64,000 nt of DNA, from positions 10,939-74,938 of IMG/VR virus record IMGVR_UViG_3300017742_004322. One strand, 5' to 3'. A program made the position numbers and the translations under genes. Below, piece by piece: positions 1 through 9,286 of the stretch (position 1 is the stretch's first letter; every line of letters begins with the position of its first letter). Origin of the DNA: a virus. Under the pieces are notes generated by a model. It was not told the origin of the DNA, ran no database searches, and worked only from the letters and a program-made list of their open reading frames with translations.

Positions 1-214
1 CTGTACTTTCTACACTATTATGTTTTTGTGAAATCCCATTTTGATACCAAATTCTTTTAGGATCTTTTACGAATAAAGAATCAACTTTAAGATTTTTTAC
101 TGATGAGTTAAATTCAAACATAGACATACCCATCTTTTGATGGAGCCCTCCAAAAGATACTAATAAGGTTTTATTTCCTTTTGGATTATACTGTATATTT
201 TCGTCTTCAATCAC
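1..214 (-). CDS. Partial (3'-truncated by window) alpha/beta-hydrolase-like protein
   Basis: Not in ORF track. GTG at 214, open to window start: VIEDENIQYNPKGNKTLLVSFGGLHQKMGMSMFEF...DSLFVKDPKRIWYQNGIS; LLVSFGG/WYQNG pattern resembles hydrolase-fold proteins of glycan loci. Confidence 0.5.
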   Translation of the reverse strand, partial: MIEDENIQYNPKGNKTLLVSFGGLHQKMGMSMFEFNSSVKNLKVDSLFVKDPKRIWYQNGISQKHNSVEST

Positions 215-217
215 AAT

Positions 218-811
218 TTATGATATATTCCATGAGATAGCTATCCTAGATTCCGTACTATCATTTGGTAATACTGCATGCCTCACATAAGGTGGGAAAA
301 CGGTGTAATAACCTGTAGCCGGGTAAAGATATGTGTTAGTCCAATTTAAAGGATTTGTACTATCTTTTTTAGGGATTTGAGTTAATAAAGCTGGAAATAC
401 TGGAGTTTCAAATTCTAATGGAGAACTATTTTCTGGTACTTGAAGATACCAAACACCTGAAAGTAAACAATTATAATGAGTATGGGATTTATGAAAACTA
501 CCTTTTTCTAAAGCATTTGCAATTAAAAATATCTCACCCTTTAAGAAATCTGAATCATAACCCAATTGATCAAGATATTGTTTGCTTACATTAAAAACAA
601 ACTCTTTCATCAAGTCCATTTCTGGGTGTTCTGCTAATCTAAAGTCATCTTGGTTATGAGTTGTTTTACCTTTCCAAAAAAACTCAGTATCTGCTTGTTC
701 TTCTAAAATTTTATTAATGATAGGTAAGTAATGATTTGCTAATTCTGTGTTCCATCCATAACCCATTGATGTTGGGAAATATGATTCAATTTTTACGTCT
801 GTCTCTACCAT
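218..811 (-). CDS. Putative 2OG-Fe(II) oxygenase (TIGR02466-like)
   Basis: HxH (HKSHTH), LSGVWYL, FPPYVRHAV, RIAISWN motifs. Confidence 0.85.
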   Translation of the reverse strand: MVETDVKIESYFPTSMGYGWNTELANHYLPIINKILEEQADTEFFWKGKTTHNQDDFRLAEHPEMDLMKEFVFNVSKQYLDQLGYDSDFLKGEIFLIANALEKGSFHKSHTHYNCLLSGVWYLQVPENSSPLEFETPVFPALLTQIPKKDSTNPLNWTNTYLYPATGYYTVFPPYVRHAVLPNDSTESRIAISWNIS

Positions 812-813
812 AA

Positions 814-1752
814 TTACTTATACCAACCTGTATAGCTGATCCTTTTATTATTTATTCCTTGTGCTACTTCACTTACTAAATGTGGCGCACCTTCTTTATT
901 TTCCCATTTTGTATCAAAAATAGATAAAGTATTAAATGGAGGTGATATTGTTTTGTTTATAGTTTTCCAATCCCAATCCATTCTCATAAACAAACCTCCC
1001 ATTTCAGGTTTCCAACCTTTTGACATGTGAAAAACAAATGCAATTCTTCCATTTGAACCATCAGTATGAGGACCATTATAATGACCTGGACCATAATTAG
1101 AAATAAAGGTACTACCTTCACTGTATTCTAAATTTTCATATCCAGTAATGCTGGACAAGTAGTCTAGAAATCTTTTATCTTGAAATATTTTTAAATATGA
1201 ATGTAGTTGAACACTTAAATCACTAGTTCTTCTATAAATGTAACTAAAAATACCTTGATTATTTAAATCATGGCAATGGGCTATTCTTTGAGGTATACTA
1301 GGATCATTAGATTTAGCCCTATACATATGGTAATATGAAGGATTATCTATAGCAGATTGTTCATAATCAAAATCAGGATCGGGGTATAAGATTAAATCCC
1401 ACCAATCATCAGGTTGGTTAAAATAATAATTATGAAGTGTATTTATTTGAGTCTCAGGGAATAAATTAGTAATATTTACTGCTTGATTTTTATTCCATTG
1501 TTGTTTATAATCCTCTAGATTATTTAACTGTAAATTAAAGTTACCAGTATCAGTATCAGGATTCATTCCAAGGTCCATACGTTGCCTACTATCTGAAGGG
1601 ATTTCAGGATGAATTTGGTTGGTTTGAGGGTGAAATTGAGATGTAGTTTTATCTATAGATTGAACAGGTGTTGATACTAAACCTGCTTGTTCATCTATTG
1701 TTTGTTGATAACCATTTTGGGAGAAATCACCTCCCTGTTGTCCTTTGATCAT
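814..1752 (-). CDS. 2OG-Fe(II) oxygenase (prolyl-hydroxylase-like) with Q-rich N-terminal extension
   Basis: HTD, GG, PHLVS, RISYTGW motifs. Confidence 0.85.
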   Translation of the reverse strand: MIKGQQGGDFSQNGYQQTIDEQAGLVSTPVQSIDKTTSQFHPQTNQIHPEIPSDSRQRMDLGMNPDTDTGNFNLQLNNLEDYKQQWNKNQAVNITNLFPETQINTLHNYYFNQPDDWWDLILYPDPDFDYEQSAIDNPSYYHMYRAKSNDPSIPQRIAHCHDLNNQGIFSYIYRRTSDLSVQLHSYLKIFQDKRFLDYLSSITGYENLEYSEGSTFISNYGPGHYNGPHTDGSNGRIAFVFHMSKGWKPEMGGLFMRMDWDWKTINKTISPPFNTLSIFDTKWENKEGAPHLVSEVAQGINNKRISYTGWYK

Positions 1753-1771
1753 AACTAATTAGTTTTTTTTA

Positions 1772-2440
1772 TCAAATATCTGTGTTGTCAAAAAATTCGA
1801 AAAATTCATTTTCCCAATTCGAAGAATTATCAACTGTCATTTCCATATCATCATCTCTTGATGCATCTATAAATGAATCGCTTTTTAGATAAGTTTCAAT
1901 TTCATCATCTGAGTATTTATCTCCTAATATAGTATTAAAGAAATTAAATTCAGTTTCATCAACTACGTTTTCACTTAGGAAATTTTTCCATTTAGTTGTA
2001 TACCCTTCTTCCATACTATCAATTGAATCCATATCTGCTAAATCGTCTTCATCTTGAAAATCTATACCTAAAGCAAAATTATCTACAAAATCTTCCATTT
2101 TCATAGAAGGTCTTGCATACATCCAATCTCCAGTTTGTGGAGCCCAAAGATAAGCATAATCAGTTCCATCCGCTGAATCTCTAAAATATTGTAAGGAAGA
2201 AACTAAATCACTATCACCAACTGTTCTTGGTGCTTCTTGATTATTAGCTTCTATATCTCCTGTTTCTGGGTCAACAAATGAAACATATCCCATATTAGCT
2301 ATTTCTTTAGCTTTTTCATCTGTAGAATAGTGTTTATTTAATGCAACTCCTAAATTTTCAGGGTAACCATCATAATGGTTATATGTTGTAGTAATTGTAT
2401 TGTCTGGATTTAGATAACCAATAAGTGCTCTTGTAGCCAT
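1772..2440 (-). CDS. Conserved phage protein (MATR...HYDGYP family) with acidic C-terminus
   Basis: ORF track; N-terminal ATRALIG and YNHYDGYP motifs. Confidence 0.7.
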   Translation of the reverse strand: MATRALIGYLNPDNTITTTYNHYDGYPENLGVALNKHYSTDEKAKEIANMGYVSFVDPETGDIEANNQEAPRTVGDSDLVSSLQYFRDSADGTDYAYLWAPQTGDWMYARPSMKMEDFVDNFALGIDFQDEDDLADMDSIDSMEEGYTTKWKNFLSENVVDETEFNFFNTILGDKYSDDEIETYLKSDSFIDASRDDDMEMTVDNSSNWENEFFEFFDNTDI

Positions 2441-2464
2441 AATCTAATTTTATTTATATGTTAT

Positions 2465-2495
2465 AAATATACGAAAAATAACTTAGGAAAACAAA
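2465..2495 (-). promoter_or_regulatory. Phage promoter, Bacteroidota -33/-7 type
   Basis: TTTGT-N15-TTCG-TATATTT on minus strand. Confidence 0.7.
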
Positions 2496-2496
2496 T

Positions 2497-3039
2497 CTAT
2501 TGCCATTTTTCTGCATTAAAATCTTTAGAAGATATTGTTAATTCTTCAGCTCTAAATCTAGGATCTACTCTTTCTATTGTTTCCAAAATGTCTGGTATTG
2601 AGTTCCAAAATATAGAATTTTCAGATTCTTTATTATATTCATTATCTACAAAATATTGAATTATAGTATTAGTATCTAAAGTAATAAAACCATGAGCATA
2701 ACCAACAGGACAGTAAACTGCATTACCAGCTTCAATAGCATAATAATGCATTTTACCATACTCTTTACTTTCAGGTTTTATGTTAACCATAAAATCAATA
2801 ATAGCCCCTTGTATTACTTGAATGAATTTTGATTGTTGGTATGGTTGTTTTTGGTAATGTAAACCTCTTAAAGTCCATTTTTTTGGATTAATGCTAATAT
2901 TAGATTGAATCCATTTTTTATTTAATACACCTTCACCTTCAGTTAATTGGGATGGATAAAATATACCTCTTTCATCTGTAAAAACATCTGTATAAAAATG
3001 TTGAGGGTTTTCCTTTTCTAAACAAGGTATACAAGCCAT
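2497..3039 (-). CDS. rfbC: dTDP-4-dehydrorhamnose 3,5-epimerase
   Basis: DERG, TLRGLHYQ, GYAHGF, QYFVDNEY, SSKD motifs. Confidence 0.9.
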   Translation of the reverse strand: MACIPCLEKENPQHFYTDVFTDERGIFYPSQLTEGEGVLNKKWIQSNISINPKKWTLRGLHYQKQPYQQSKFIQVIQGAIIDFMVNIKPESKEYGKMHYYAIEAGNAVYCPVGYAHGFITLDTNTIIQYFVDNEYNKESENSIFWNSIPDILETIERVDPRFRAEELTISSKDFNAEKWQ

Positions 3040-3068
3040 AATAGTAGGTTTTTTATCTTAAATAAATA

Positions 3069-3479
3069 TTATAAATTATACTTAGACTTATATTTTTCTA
3101 TAAATGAAGATCCAACACTTAATTCTAATATTTCTGCAGTACTAGGAACTCCAGCAAGTTTATCTTGAGTTATAATCCAGTCAATACTTTCGTTTCTCCA
3201 AACTTTCATTTTAGTTTTAGCATTTGAACGATTTGACGTTTTAAAGACCATTACTACTGGTTGTTTATTGTATGCTTTACCTTTTTCAGGTTTAACAACT
3301 GGGAATTTTTCACCTTTAGCTGGGAAATGGTCTACTCTATATGCACCATTAGGGTATTTATCAAGATCAAAATGATAAACTAATTTATAACCTAATTCTG
3401 GTTTGGTTGGTGTTTCATAACACGTTTGAACATATTTAGTTCTCCTTACTGCTTCTTCTGATGGTCTACCTCTACTCAT
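3069..3479 (-). CDS. Hypothetical protein with N-terminal AT-hook-like RGRP
   Basis: ORF track; MSRGRPS. Confidence 0.6.
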   Translation of the reverse strand: MSRGRPSEEAVRRTKYVQTCYETPTKPELGYKLVYHFDLDKYPNGAYRVDHFPAKGEKFPVVKPEKGKAYNKQPVVMVFKTSNRSNAKTKMKVWRNESIDWIITQDKLAGVPSTAEILELSVGSSFIEKYKSKYNL

Positions 3480-3655
3480 AGATCATTAATTAAATCGTTA
3501 ATATCACTTACTGCTAACTCACATTCGTGATCTTCGCTTTCACCATCTTCAACTTCCATATTGGCTAAAGCGTAAAATTCCATAATTTCACTTCCTAATG
3601 AAGGGTGTTTTTCAACTACTTCTTGACAGTACTGGTATAAATCTCTTAGTGTCAT
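3476..3655 (-). CDS. Small acidic hypothetical protein (59 aa, not in ORF track)
   Basis: MTLRDLYQYCQEVVEKHPSLGSEIMEFYALANMEVEDGESEDHECELAVSDINDLINDL; ATGA overlaps with both neighbours. Confidence 0.75.
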   Translation of the reverse strand: MTLRDLYQYCQEVVEKHPSLGSEIMEFYALANMEVEDGESEDHECELAVSDINDLINDL

Positions 3656-3822
3656 AGCTTACCTGTTTCAAATGGATCAAAATTAACATCTTCCTCAATT
3701 GCGATTTGAGTATCTAAGTACTCTGTAATTCGCTCTTGAGTTGACTCATTTAATACCTCAAACTCATTTGATATTTCAGTAAGCCTTTTTAACATTTTTA
3801 GCACATCAATATTATCTAACAT
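3652..3822 (-). CDS. Small hypothetical protein (56 aa; start corrected to ATG 3822)
   Basis: Track start (3891) lies in the promoter; ATG at 3822 follows the conserved leader AAAATAAGAGTTATG. Confidence 0.65.
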   Translation of the reverse strand: MLDNIDVLKMLKRLTEISNEFEVLNESTQERITEYLDTQIAIEEDVNFDPFETGKL

Positions 3823-3872
3823 AACTCTTATTTTACGGCTTCTTGCCTTATTCAACACCGTGAATATACGAA
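3820..3872 (-). repeat. 53-nt promoter/leader repeat, copy 1 (copy 2 at 41824-41876)
   Basis: 48/53 identical by manual alignment. Confidence 0.9.
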
Positions 3873-3892
3873 CCCTATCTTGGGTAACCAAG
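3862..3892 (-). promoter_or_regulatory. Phage promoter with short ACCC/GGGT stem in spacer
   Basis: CTTGG-N15-TTCG-TATATTC. Confidence 0.8.
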
Positions 3893-3903
3893 CATTTTAT
3901 TGA

Positions 3904-4230
3904 TTATTTATATCTTTTATATTTAATAGATGAGCGTACAGGGTTTTTATCTATGTTATATAGTGGGGTTAATTCATTGATAAATGCTCCCTCAATTGTT
4001 TCAATTGTTTTTTTATCACAATTAAAAGGTTTTATAACCCACTTAAATGTCCAATTGCTACCTTCTTCTCTTAGGGTTTTTCTAAATACACTTTCGTATC
4101 CATTTTCATATTTGAAATAATTTCTATGATTGGATTCTAATCTATCTATAGTAACACCTGATGAACCTATGTAGGCTATTTCTCCGTTTTCAGTAATACA
4201 CTTGTAGATACCATTCATATTATACTGCAA
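3904..4230 (-). CDS. GIY-YIG nuclease-like protein
   Basis: GIY...YIGSS...R...H, terminal E and YN. Confidence 0.75.
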   Translation of the reverse strand: MQYNMNGIYKCITENGEIAYIGSSGVTIDRLESNHRNYFKYENGYESVFRKTLREEGSNWTFKWVIKPFNCDKKTIETIEGAFINELTPLYNIDKNPVRSSIKYKRYK

Positions 4231-4588
4231 ATATTTTATTTAAACGAGCACTACCTACAAAACCATATGTTTGTAGTTTTTCATGTAAATCAAAATCAAG
4301 ATATGAATTCCATTCATCTACCATCCGTTTGCTTAAATTGGCATTATTAATAGCATCAATAACAGCACCTCTAATTTCAATTGGTAAGTGATGATTTTCA
4401 CGTTCGTGTTCTGTTGAATTTAACCATTTAGCGTATTCTTCTTGACTCATACCACTATTTAATATTTTAGCTAATACATCAATTTCATCAATATAATGAT
4501 CTCCAGTAACTTCATCACCATCATCAAATGCTTGATTCATTAATACTCTTAAACGTTTGATTTCTATTTCTAATTCTAATCTATGCAT
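4220..4588 (-). CDS. Hypothetical protein
   Basis: ORF track, coupled to neighbours. Confidence 0.6.
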   Translation of the reverse strand: MHRLELEIEIKRLRVLMNQAFDDGDEVTGDHYIDEIDVLAKILNSGMSQEEYAKWLNSTEHERENHHLPIEIRGAVIDAINNANLSKRMVDEWNSYLDFDLHEKLQTYGFVGSARLNKIFAV

Positions 4589-4591
4589 AAT

Positions 4592-5056
4592 TTATTTAAT
4601 ATTTAATTCTTCCATCACTTCTTTCATGTGACGGCATTTACGGTCTTTTGCTCTATATTGACCCATACAATTACAAGTTACTTTAAATTCACTAACCTGC
4701 TTTACTACATACCAGCTATCTGGATCTGATTTTGATTCAAATTTCCATTCTCTTGGATTTTCAATTTTAGTACTACCTTTTTTTCTCCCACGAGTTTCCT
4801 CTTCAGCTACCTTAATATCAGCAAGAGTAGTTTGTGGTAATACTTCAATCCAATCTGGTGTAAGATATGTTTTACCATCTGCTGGAGATGTCATTAAGCC
4901 ATGATATGGGGTTCTTGATTCATAATGGAATCTACTTACACCTACAAATGAACCTAATCCTTTAGGCTTGTATGTAAATTGTGAATCTTCAGTGTACATA
5001 ATACGGGTTCTAAGATGACCGTATTTATTTAAATTTTTAAATTTCCAAAGTGGCAT
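4592..5056 (-). CDS. SWIM zinc-finger protein
   Basis: CxC-x9-CxH (CNCMGQYRAKDRKCRH). Confidence 0.75.
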   Translation of the reverse strand: MPLWKFKNLNKYGHLRTRIMYTEDSQFTYKPKGLGSFVGVSRFHYESRTPYHGLMTSPADGKTYLTPDWIEVLPQTTLADIKVAEEETRGRKKGSTKIENPREWKFESKSDPDSWYVVKQVSEFKVTCNCMGQYRAKDRKCRHMKEVMEELNIK

Positions 5057-5080
5057 ATGTATAACCTTTATTTATAATGT

Positions 5081-5111
5081 AAATATACGAACAATTTTTG
5101 GAATAACCAAA
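5081..5111 (-). promoter_or_regulatory. Phage promoter
   Basis: TTTGG-N15-TTCG-TATATTT. Confidence 0.8.
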
Positions 5112-5113
5112 TA

Positions 5114-6100
5114 TTATGGCATATTTCTTATTTTAAATACTCCCCAATATAAATCCGTAAATTCAGGATCTAATACTTCATTAATAACCTCACCATTAAT
5201 TTCAACTATTTCACATTTAGTAGGTTTATAATCTAAGTTAAATTCAAAGGTTGAAGCTTTATCTAATATTATATGTTTATTATTTCCAAAATTAAATGTT
5301 ATACTATAGATATGTTGTTTTAATTCCCAAATAAATACGTTAACATTATTATTATCTTCGTCCCAACCAATATTACAATATGTTATATATTGTAAAGTTT
5401 TTGGAAAATCTTTTGGTATATCACCATGTTTTCTTAACCCTGTTGATGTTAAGGTAGCTGGTAGGTTGGGTTTGGTTTTTAAGATATGATAGTTTAATTC
5501 ACTTACTTTAAAACATTCTTGCATAAAATCTTCAGAAATAAAATTATCACGCCTAGTAATTAAGTCACGATAAAAAGTTTCTGTCATTACACCCTTTAAT
5601 TTGGTAAAACTAGGATTAATTTTAAAACCTATAGAAGTTCCATCAAGCCCTTTTTCAGGTTGATGTTTAACAGGAGTAAATTTATGACATATTACTTCGT
5701 GGTCAATTAATTTATCTAAACATACTTCTCTAAATGGTTGAAAATTAGTTAAATCTACATCATAAACTAACCAATAAGCTATTTCATAACCTAAATTTCT
5801 AACAAAACCTAATGATTTTACTATTTGTTCTAAAGCAGCATACCCATAATCAGGAAACCAATTTGAAATATATTTCCCTTCAGCTATTGACCAATGATTT
5901 AATGTTCGTTCTTGTATAATTGGGTTTGATTTATCATAAATCCAATAATCACACATTTTTTGTGTTGACTCTGGGATAGGATATCTACCAAATACTAAAA
6001 CATCTAATCCTAATTTTTTTGCTTTTTTAATACTAGTTTCTAAAGCATTTAATTTAGCTTTTGTATTACAATATGAACCAAATATAACTATTTCTTTCAT
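5114..6100 (-). CDS. Divergent GT-A-fold-like protein (paralog of 16409-17341)
   Basis: Shared N-terminus and NLGY...YD motif with 16409-17341; YDVD DxD-like. Confidence 0.45.
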   Translation of the reverse strand: MKEIVIFGSYCNTKAKLNALETSIKKAKKLGLDVLVFGRYPIPESTQKMCDYWIYDKSNPIIQERTLNHWSIAEGKYISNWFPDYGYAALEQIVKSLGFVRNLGYEIAYWLVYDVDLTNFQPFREVCLDKLIDHEVICHKFTPVKHQPEKGLDGTSIGFKINPSFTKLKGVMTETFYRDLITRRDNFISEDFMQECFKVSELNYHILKTKPNLPATLTSTGLRKHGDIPKDFPKTLQYITYCNIGWDEDNNNVNVFIWELKQHIYSITFNFGNNKHIILDKASTFEFNLDYKPTKCEIVEINGEVINEVLDPEFTDLYWGVFKIRNMP

Positions 6101-6840
6101 TCGAATTCTGGGGTTACTACACCTCTTTGTGAGACTACTTCTGAGGACTTACGATTAGCAAATTTAATTGCTGCGCTTTCATCTTTTAATTGATAGTATT
6201 TTACTATAAAAGCAGCTGTAAATGTATCACCAGCACCTGAAACATCAATAGTATCTTGGGGGTTAGGTGATTCAAATAATATATTTTTATATTCAGCACC
6301 TTTTTTACCTAAAGTAGTAATAATATTATCTTTAGTTAAATTTGGGTTATTTAATTTTTCAGATTCGTTTAATTTAACAAATGTAAAACCTTCAATAATA
6401 TCATCAGTTAACTTACGTTTACTATCTAGAATAGATAAAGTTGATTTACGAGCAATTTCTTTTAAATCAGCGTTTGATAAAAACCCCTTATTATAATCAC
6501 TAACTATTACAATATCAGCTTCAGCAATAGAAGAATCAATAAACATACTCCATTGGAGATGGTCATCAAATTTTTCACCCTTATCTACTCTAAGAAACAT
6601 ATGATTTGATTTTTCTTCTACGTAGCGTGTTTTAACAATTTTTTTCTTTTGAGTAATATTAGCCATTATAGCTTCAGGTGATAATGCTTTCACATTAGCA
6701 AATGTATTACCTGCCATTCCTGGGTTTTCAGTCGATTTAATTGGGTTTAAAACAGGTACTGGTGCCTCTGGTGATAATCGTTTAGCATCGCAGTAAACGA
6801 ATTCATCAACACAAGTTTCTCCTATTACTAATACTTTCAT
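6097..6840 (-). CDS. PfkB-family kinase, RfaE/HldA-like (heptose-7-phosphate kinase domain)
   Basis: VLVIGE, RLSPEAPVPV, SDYNKG, DVSGAGDTF; start likely MKVLV at 6840. Confidence 0.85.
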   Translation of the reverse strand: MKVLVIGETCVDEFVYCDAKRLSPEAPVPVLNPIKSTENPGMAGNTFANVKALSPEAIMANITQKKKIVKTRYVEEKSNHMFLRVDKGEKFDDHLQWSMFIDSSIAEADIVIVSDYNKGFLSNADLKEIARKSTLSILDSKRKLTDDIIEGFTFVKLNESEKLNNPNLTKDNIITTLGKKGAEYKNILFESPNPQDTIDVSGAGDTFTAAFIVKYYQLKDESAAIKFANRKSSEVVSQRGVVTPEFE

Positions 6841-6979
6841 TTTCTTTTGATTCTTGAAGTTCAATACTTAAAGCATTACATAATGATATTATAGTACCAG
6901 GTTCATACTCCATCATATAAACAAAGTCATTATCTGACATAATCTGCATTACTTGTAGGACAGATAATTTACTTACCAT
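6806..6979 (-). CDS. Small hypothetical protein (start likely MVSKL)
   Basis: ORF track, start adjusted because an upstream ORF occupies 6969-7109. Confidence 0.55.
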   Translation of the reverse strand: MVSKLSVLQVMQIMSDNDFVYMMEYEPGTIISLCNALSIELQESKENESISNRRNLC

Positions 6980-7109
6980 AGTCACTAAAACGTGGCTGTG
7001 AGGGTTTTTTCTTTTTAACAGCATTTTTAAAGTTTGGATAGTTAGATTTAGCCCAACTATGCCATTCCATAAATGTTTCGTAACGTTGTTTTGCGCTTGT
7101 ATTACTCAT
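6969..7109 (-). CDS. Small basic hypothetical protein (46 aa, not in track)
   Basis: MSNTSAKQRYETFMEWHSWAKSNYPNFKNAVKKKKPSQPRFSDYGK fills the gap. Confidence 0.6.
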   Translation of the reverse strand: MSNTSAKQRYETFMEWHSWAKSNYPNFKNAVKKKKPSQPRFSDYGK

Positions 7110-7587
7110 TATTTAATTGTTTTTCTATTTTATTCCAATATTTTTCGGTTCTTTTTATTTTATAACCTTTAGGACCACCATTCCAATTACGAGCAATAAC
7201 TTCATTATTACTATCTTTATGATGGAAATTTTTCCAAACCATAAACATACGTATTGATTGTTGACGATCAAACCTATCTTTTAAATTGAATAGGTTTGTT
7301 TTACCTTGAATTTTTAAGATTCTATTAACTTCTCTAACCATTATAGGTCTAATTTGTAATACACCTATGGCTTCATTTCCTATAAGATGCCTGTCGCCAA
7401 TAGCAGAATCATCACCATTAGACTCAACAAAAATAAGGGCATTGAGAAGGTCTCCATCTGTAATAACAGGTTGAATGTTCTTAGGCTTAATTTCGATAAT
7501 AGTTTCTTCATAACATACTTCTAATGTTTCTATATTACCACTATTAATAAATAATGGTAAGAGACTTAATAACATAACCTTTTTCAT
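7102..7587 (-). CDS. Lysozyme-fold / lytic transglycosylase (destabilase-like) with signal peptide
   Basis: ALIFVES, AIGD, GVLQI, ARNWNGGP; hydrophobic N-terminus. Confidence 0.75.
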   Translation of the reverse strand: MKKVMLLSLLPLFINSGNIETLEVCYEETIIEIKPKNIQPVITDGDLLNALIFVESNGDDSAIGDRHLIGNEAIGVLQIRPIMVREVNRILKIQGKTNLFNLKDRFDRQQSIRMFMVWKNFHHKDSNNEVIARNWNGGPKGYKIKRTEKYWNKIEKQLNNE

Positions 7588-7591
7588 ACAA

Positions 7592-7888
7592 TTATTTTTT
7601 TAATTCTTGTATTGCTTTAGCAATTCGAGCACAACCTTCATAATCTTCGTTACGCTCATGAATTTCTAAATTCTGCTGTAATGTACTAAGAATATCTCGC
7701 CTATCCAAGGTTATATCAAAAATTTGTCCTTCTTCTTCAACATGAATTTCTAAAACAGGTATAAAACGTTTTTTACTTTTTAAATTTTTTAATGCCACTT
7801 CAGTTATAGCTTTGGAAATTTTAAGATCTTGATCTTGAAGCATCATTTCAAATTCTTCTATACTTTTTATTCTAATTCGTTTTACCAT
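7592..7888 (-). CDS. Hypothetical protein with C-terminal UVR-like motif
   Basis: EDYEGCARI. Confidence 0.6.
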   Translation of the reverse strand: MVKRIRIKSIEEFEMMLQDQDLKISKAITEVALKNLKSKKRFIPVLEIHVEEEGQIFDITLDRRDILSTLQQNLEIHERNEDYEGCARIAKAIQELKK

Positions 7889-8071
7889 TTAAAATAGGTC
7901 TAAAAATTTACCGTCTGATTTCTTATCCCGTAATTTACTAAGTTTTTCTTGGTCTTCCAACATTTTATCAGCTAGTTTTTCTAAATGTTTAGACTTTTGA
8001 TTGTCATAATCATTAACTAACTTATCATGTTTACGTTTTTTACGTGCTAATTTACTTTTACGTTTTTTCAT
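7889..8071 (-). CDS. Small basic hypothetical protein
   Basis: ORF track, coupled. Confidence 0.55.
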   Translation of the reverse strand: MKKRKSKLARKKRKHDKLVNDYDNQKSKHLEKLADKMLEDQEKLSKLRDKKSDGKFLDLF

Positions 8072-8706
8072 CGTCTGGATACTAAGGAATAAGGGTCATC
8101 GCTTTCATCTTGATCGCTTAAACCTAGTTTTTCTAATTGTTGTTTTTGGTAATCATCTAATTCCCATTCTACCTCACTTTGATATGTTGGGACATGGTCT
8201 TCTATACCCTTAATCTGTTTGTCGCTAAATATATCTCCTACTTGTAGGAAATAATGATTGTAACAAAGTAATTCTATGTTTTCTTTTCGATAATTATTTT
8301 TATTATTATCTTTAAAATTAAGTAATAATGGTATCTTATAATCGTTTACTCTACGTTCATGAAAACCACATACTGAACATTCTTCTTTTAAATATCCCTC
8401 AGTTATTAATCTATATTTTAATTTATCAGGACTAAATGATGAAGCATCTATTCTGCCTTCAATAATATCTAATAAAGCAGGTTCGGGTCCATCTGCTCTT
8501 AAAAATTTAGGTATACCTTTACCTGCCTGATTTAAATGTTGGTCAAATAAATTACTGTAACCCTTTTCCGTTGCATCATATGTTTTAGCCCATTTTTTAT
8601 AGTGTGTATAAGAAACATGCAAATAGCGAGCAGCAGCTTTATTACTCAATGTTTGAGACATAGCTGCCAATATTAATTCTTTATTAAGTGGTTTCGCGCT
8701 TGGCAT
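8068..8706 (-). CDS. HTH plus degenerate HNH/zinc-ribbon protein
   Basis: KAAARYLHVSY HTH-like; CSVCG...KDNNKNN...ENIELLCYNH. Confidence 0.6.
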   Translation of the reverse strand: MPSAKPLNKELILAAMSQTLSNKAAARYLHVSYTHYKKWAKTYDATEKGYSNLFDQHLNQAGKGIPKFLRADGPEPALLDIIEGRIDASSFSPDKLKYRLITEGYLKEECSVCGFHERRVNDYKIPLLLNFKDNNKNNYRKENIELLCYNHYFLQVGDIFSDKQIKGIEDHVPTYQSEVEWELDDYQKQQLEKLGLSDQDESDDPYSLVSRR

Positions 8707-8888
8707 TAATCTTCAATAAATACTATTTCATTAAATGTGTGATCACCTTCTCCAAATTGAGCATTAATTGCTTTTTTAGGTTTAGTTTCACTACAGTTAA
8801 CACAAAAACTATAATTAAACTTAGTTAGTCTAAGTTCAGGCATTGGTTCTTGACAAACCGAACAATTTATATATTTTATGTCTTTCAT
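8706..8888 (-). CDS. DksA/TraR-type C4 zinc-finger protein
   Basis: CSVC-x4-PELRL-x7-CVNC. Confidence 0.65.
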   Translation of the reverse strand: MKDIKYINCSVCQEPMPELRLTKFNYSFCVNCSETKPKKAINAQFGEGDHTFNEIVFIED

Positions 8889-8917
8889 ATCGAGTTTTAT
8901 TGGTTACTCAATACATA

Positions 8918-9286
8918 TCACAATTTTTGTAAAAACTTCCACAAATCTAGAGGGGTTTTTAATGTATAAACTTTTCCATTTTTATCTTCTACTCCTAATA
9001 ACTTACCATCTTCAGCAAATCTGTCTAAAACCCACCACCAAATTATATCAGCTTTATTATAACCATATTTAGCTATAATTAAATTTTCTATTGCATGATA
9101 ATAATATTGACTAAAACTAATTAAATCAACTCCATAATCATTATTCAATTCATGCTCAGCATGCCAAATATGTTCTAACGTTTCTATTGTGTCAATAAAT
9201 AATGTTATTTCACGTTCAGCTTCGGTTTTAGGTGATTCTTTTATATTTAAACCATTTCCATATTTATTTTGAAGGATTTTTTTCAT
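8918..9286 (-). CDS. Hypothetical protein
   Basis: ORF track. Confidence 0.6.
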   Translation of the reverse strand: MKKILQNKYGNGLNIKESPKTEAEREITLFIDTIETLEHIWHAEHELNNDYGVDLISFSQYYYHAIENLIIAKYGYNKADIIWWWVLDRFAEDGKLLGVEDKNGKVYTLKTPLDLWKFLQKL

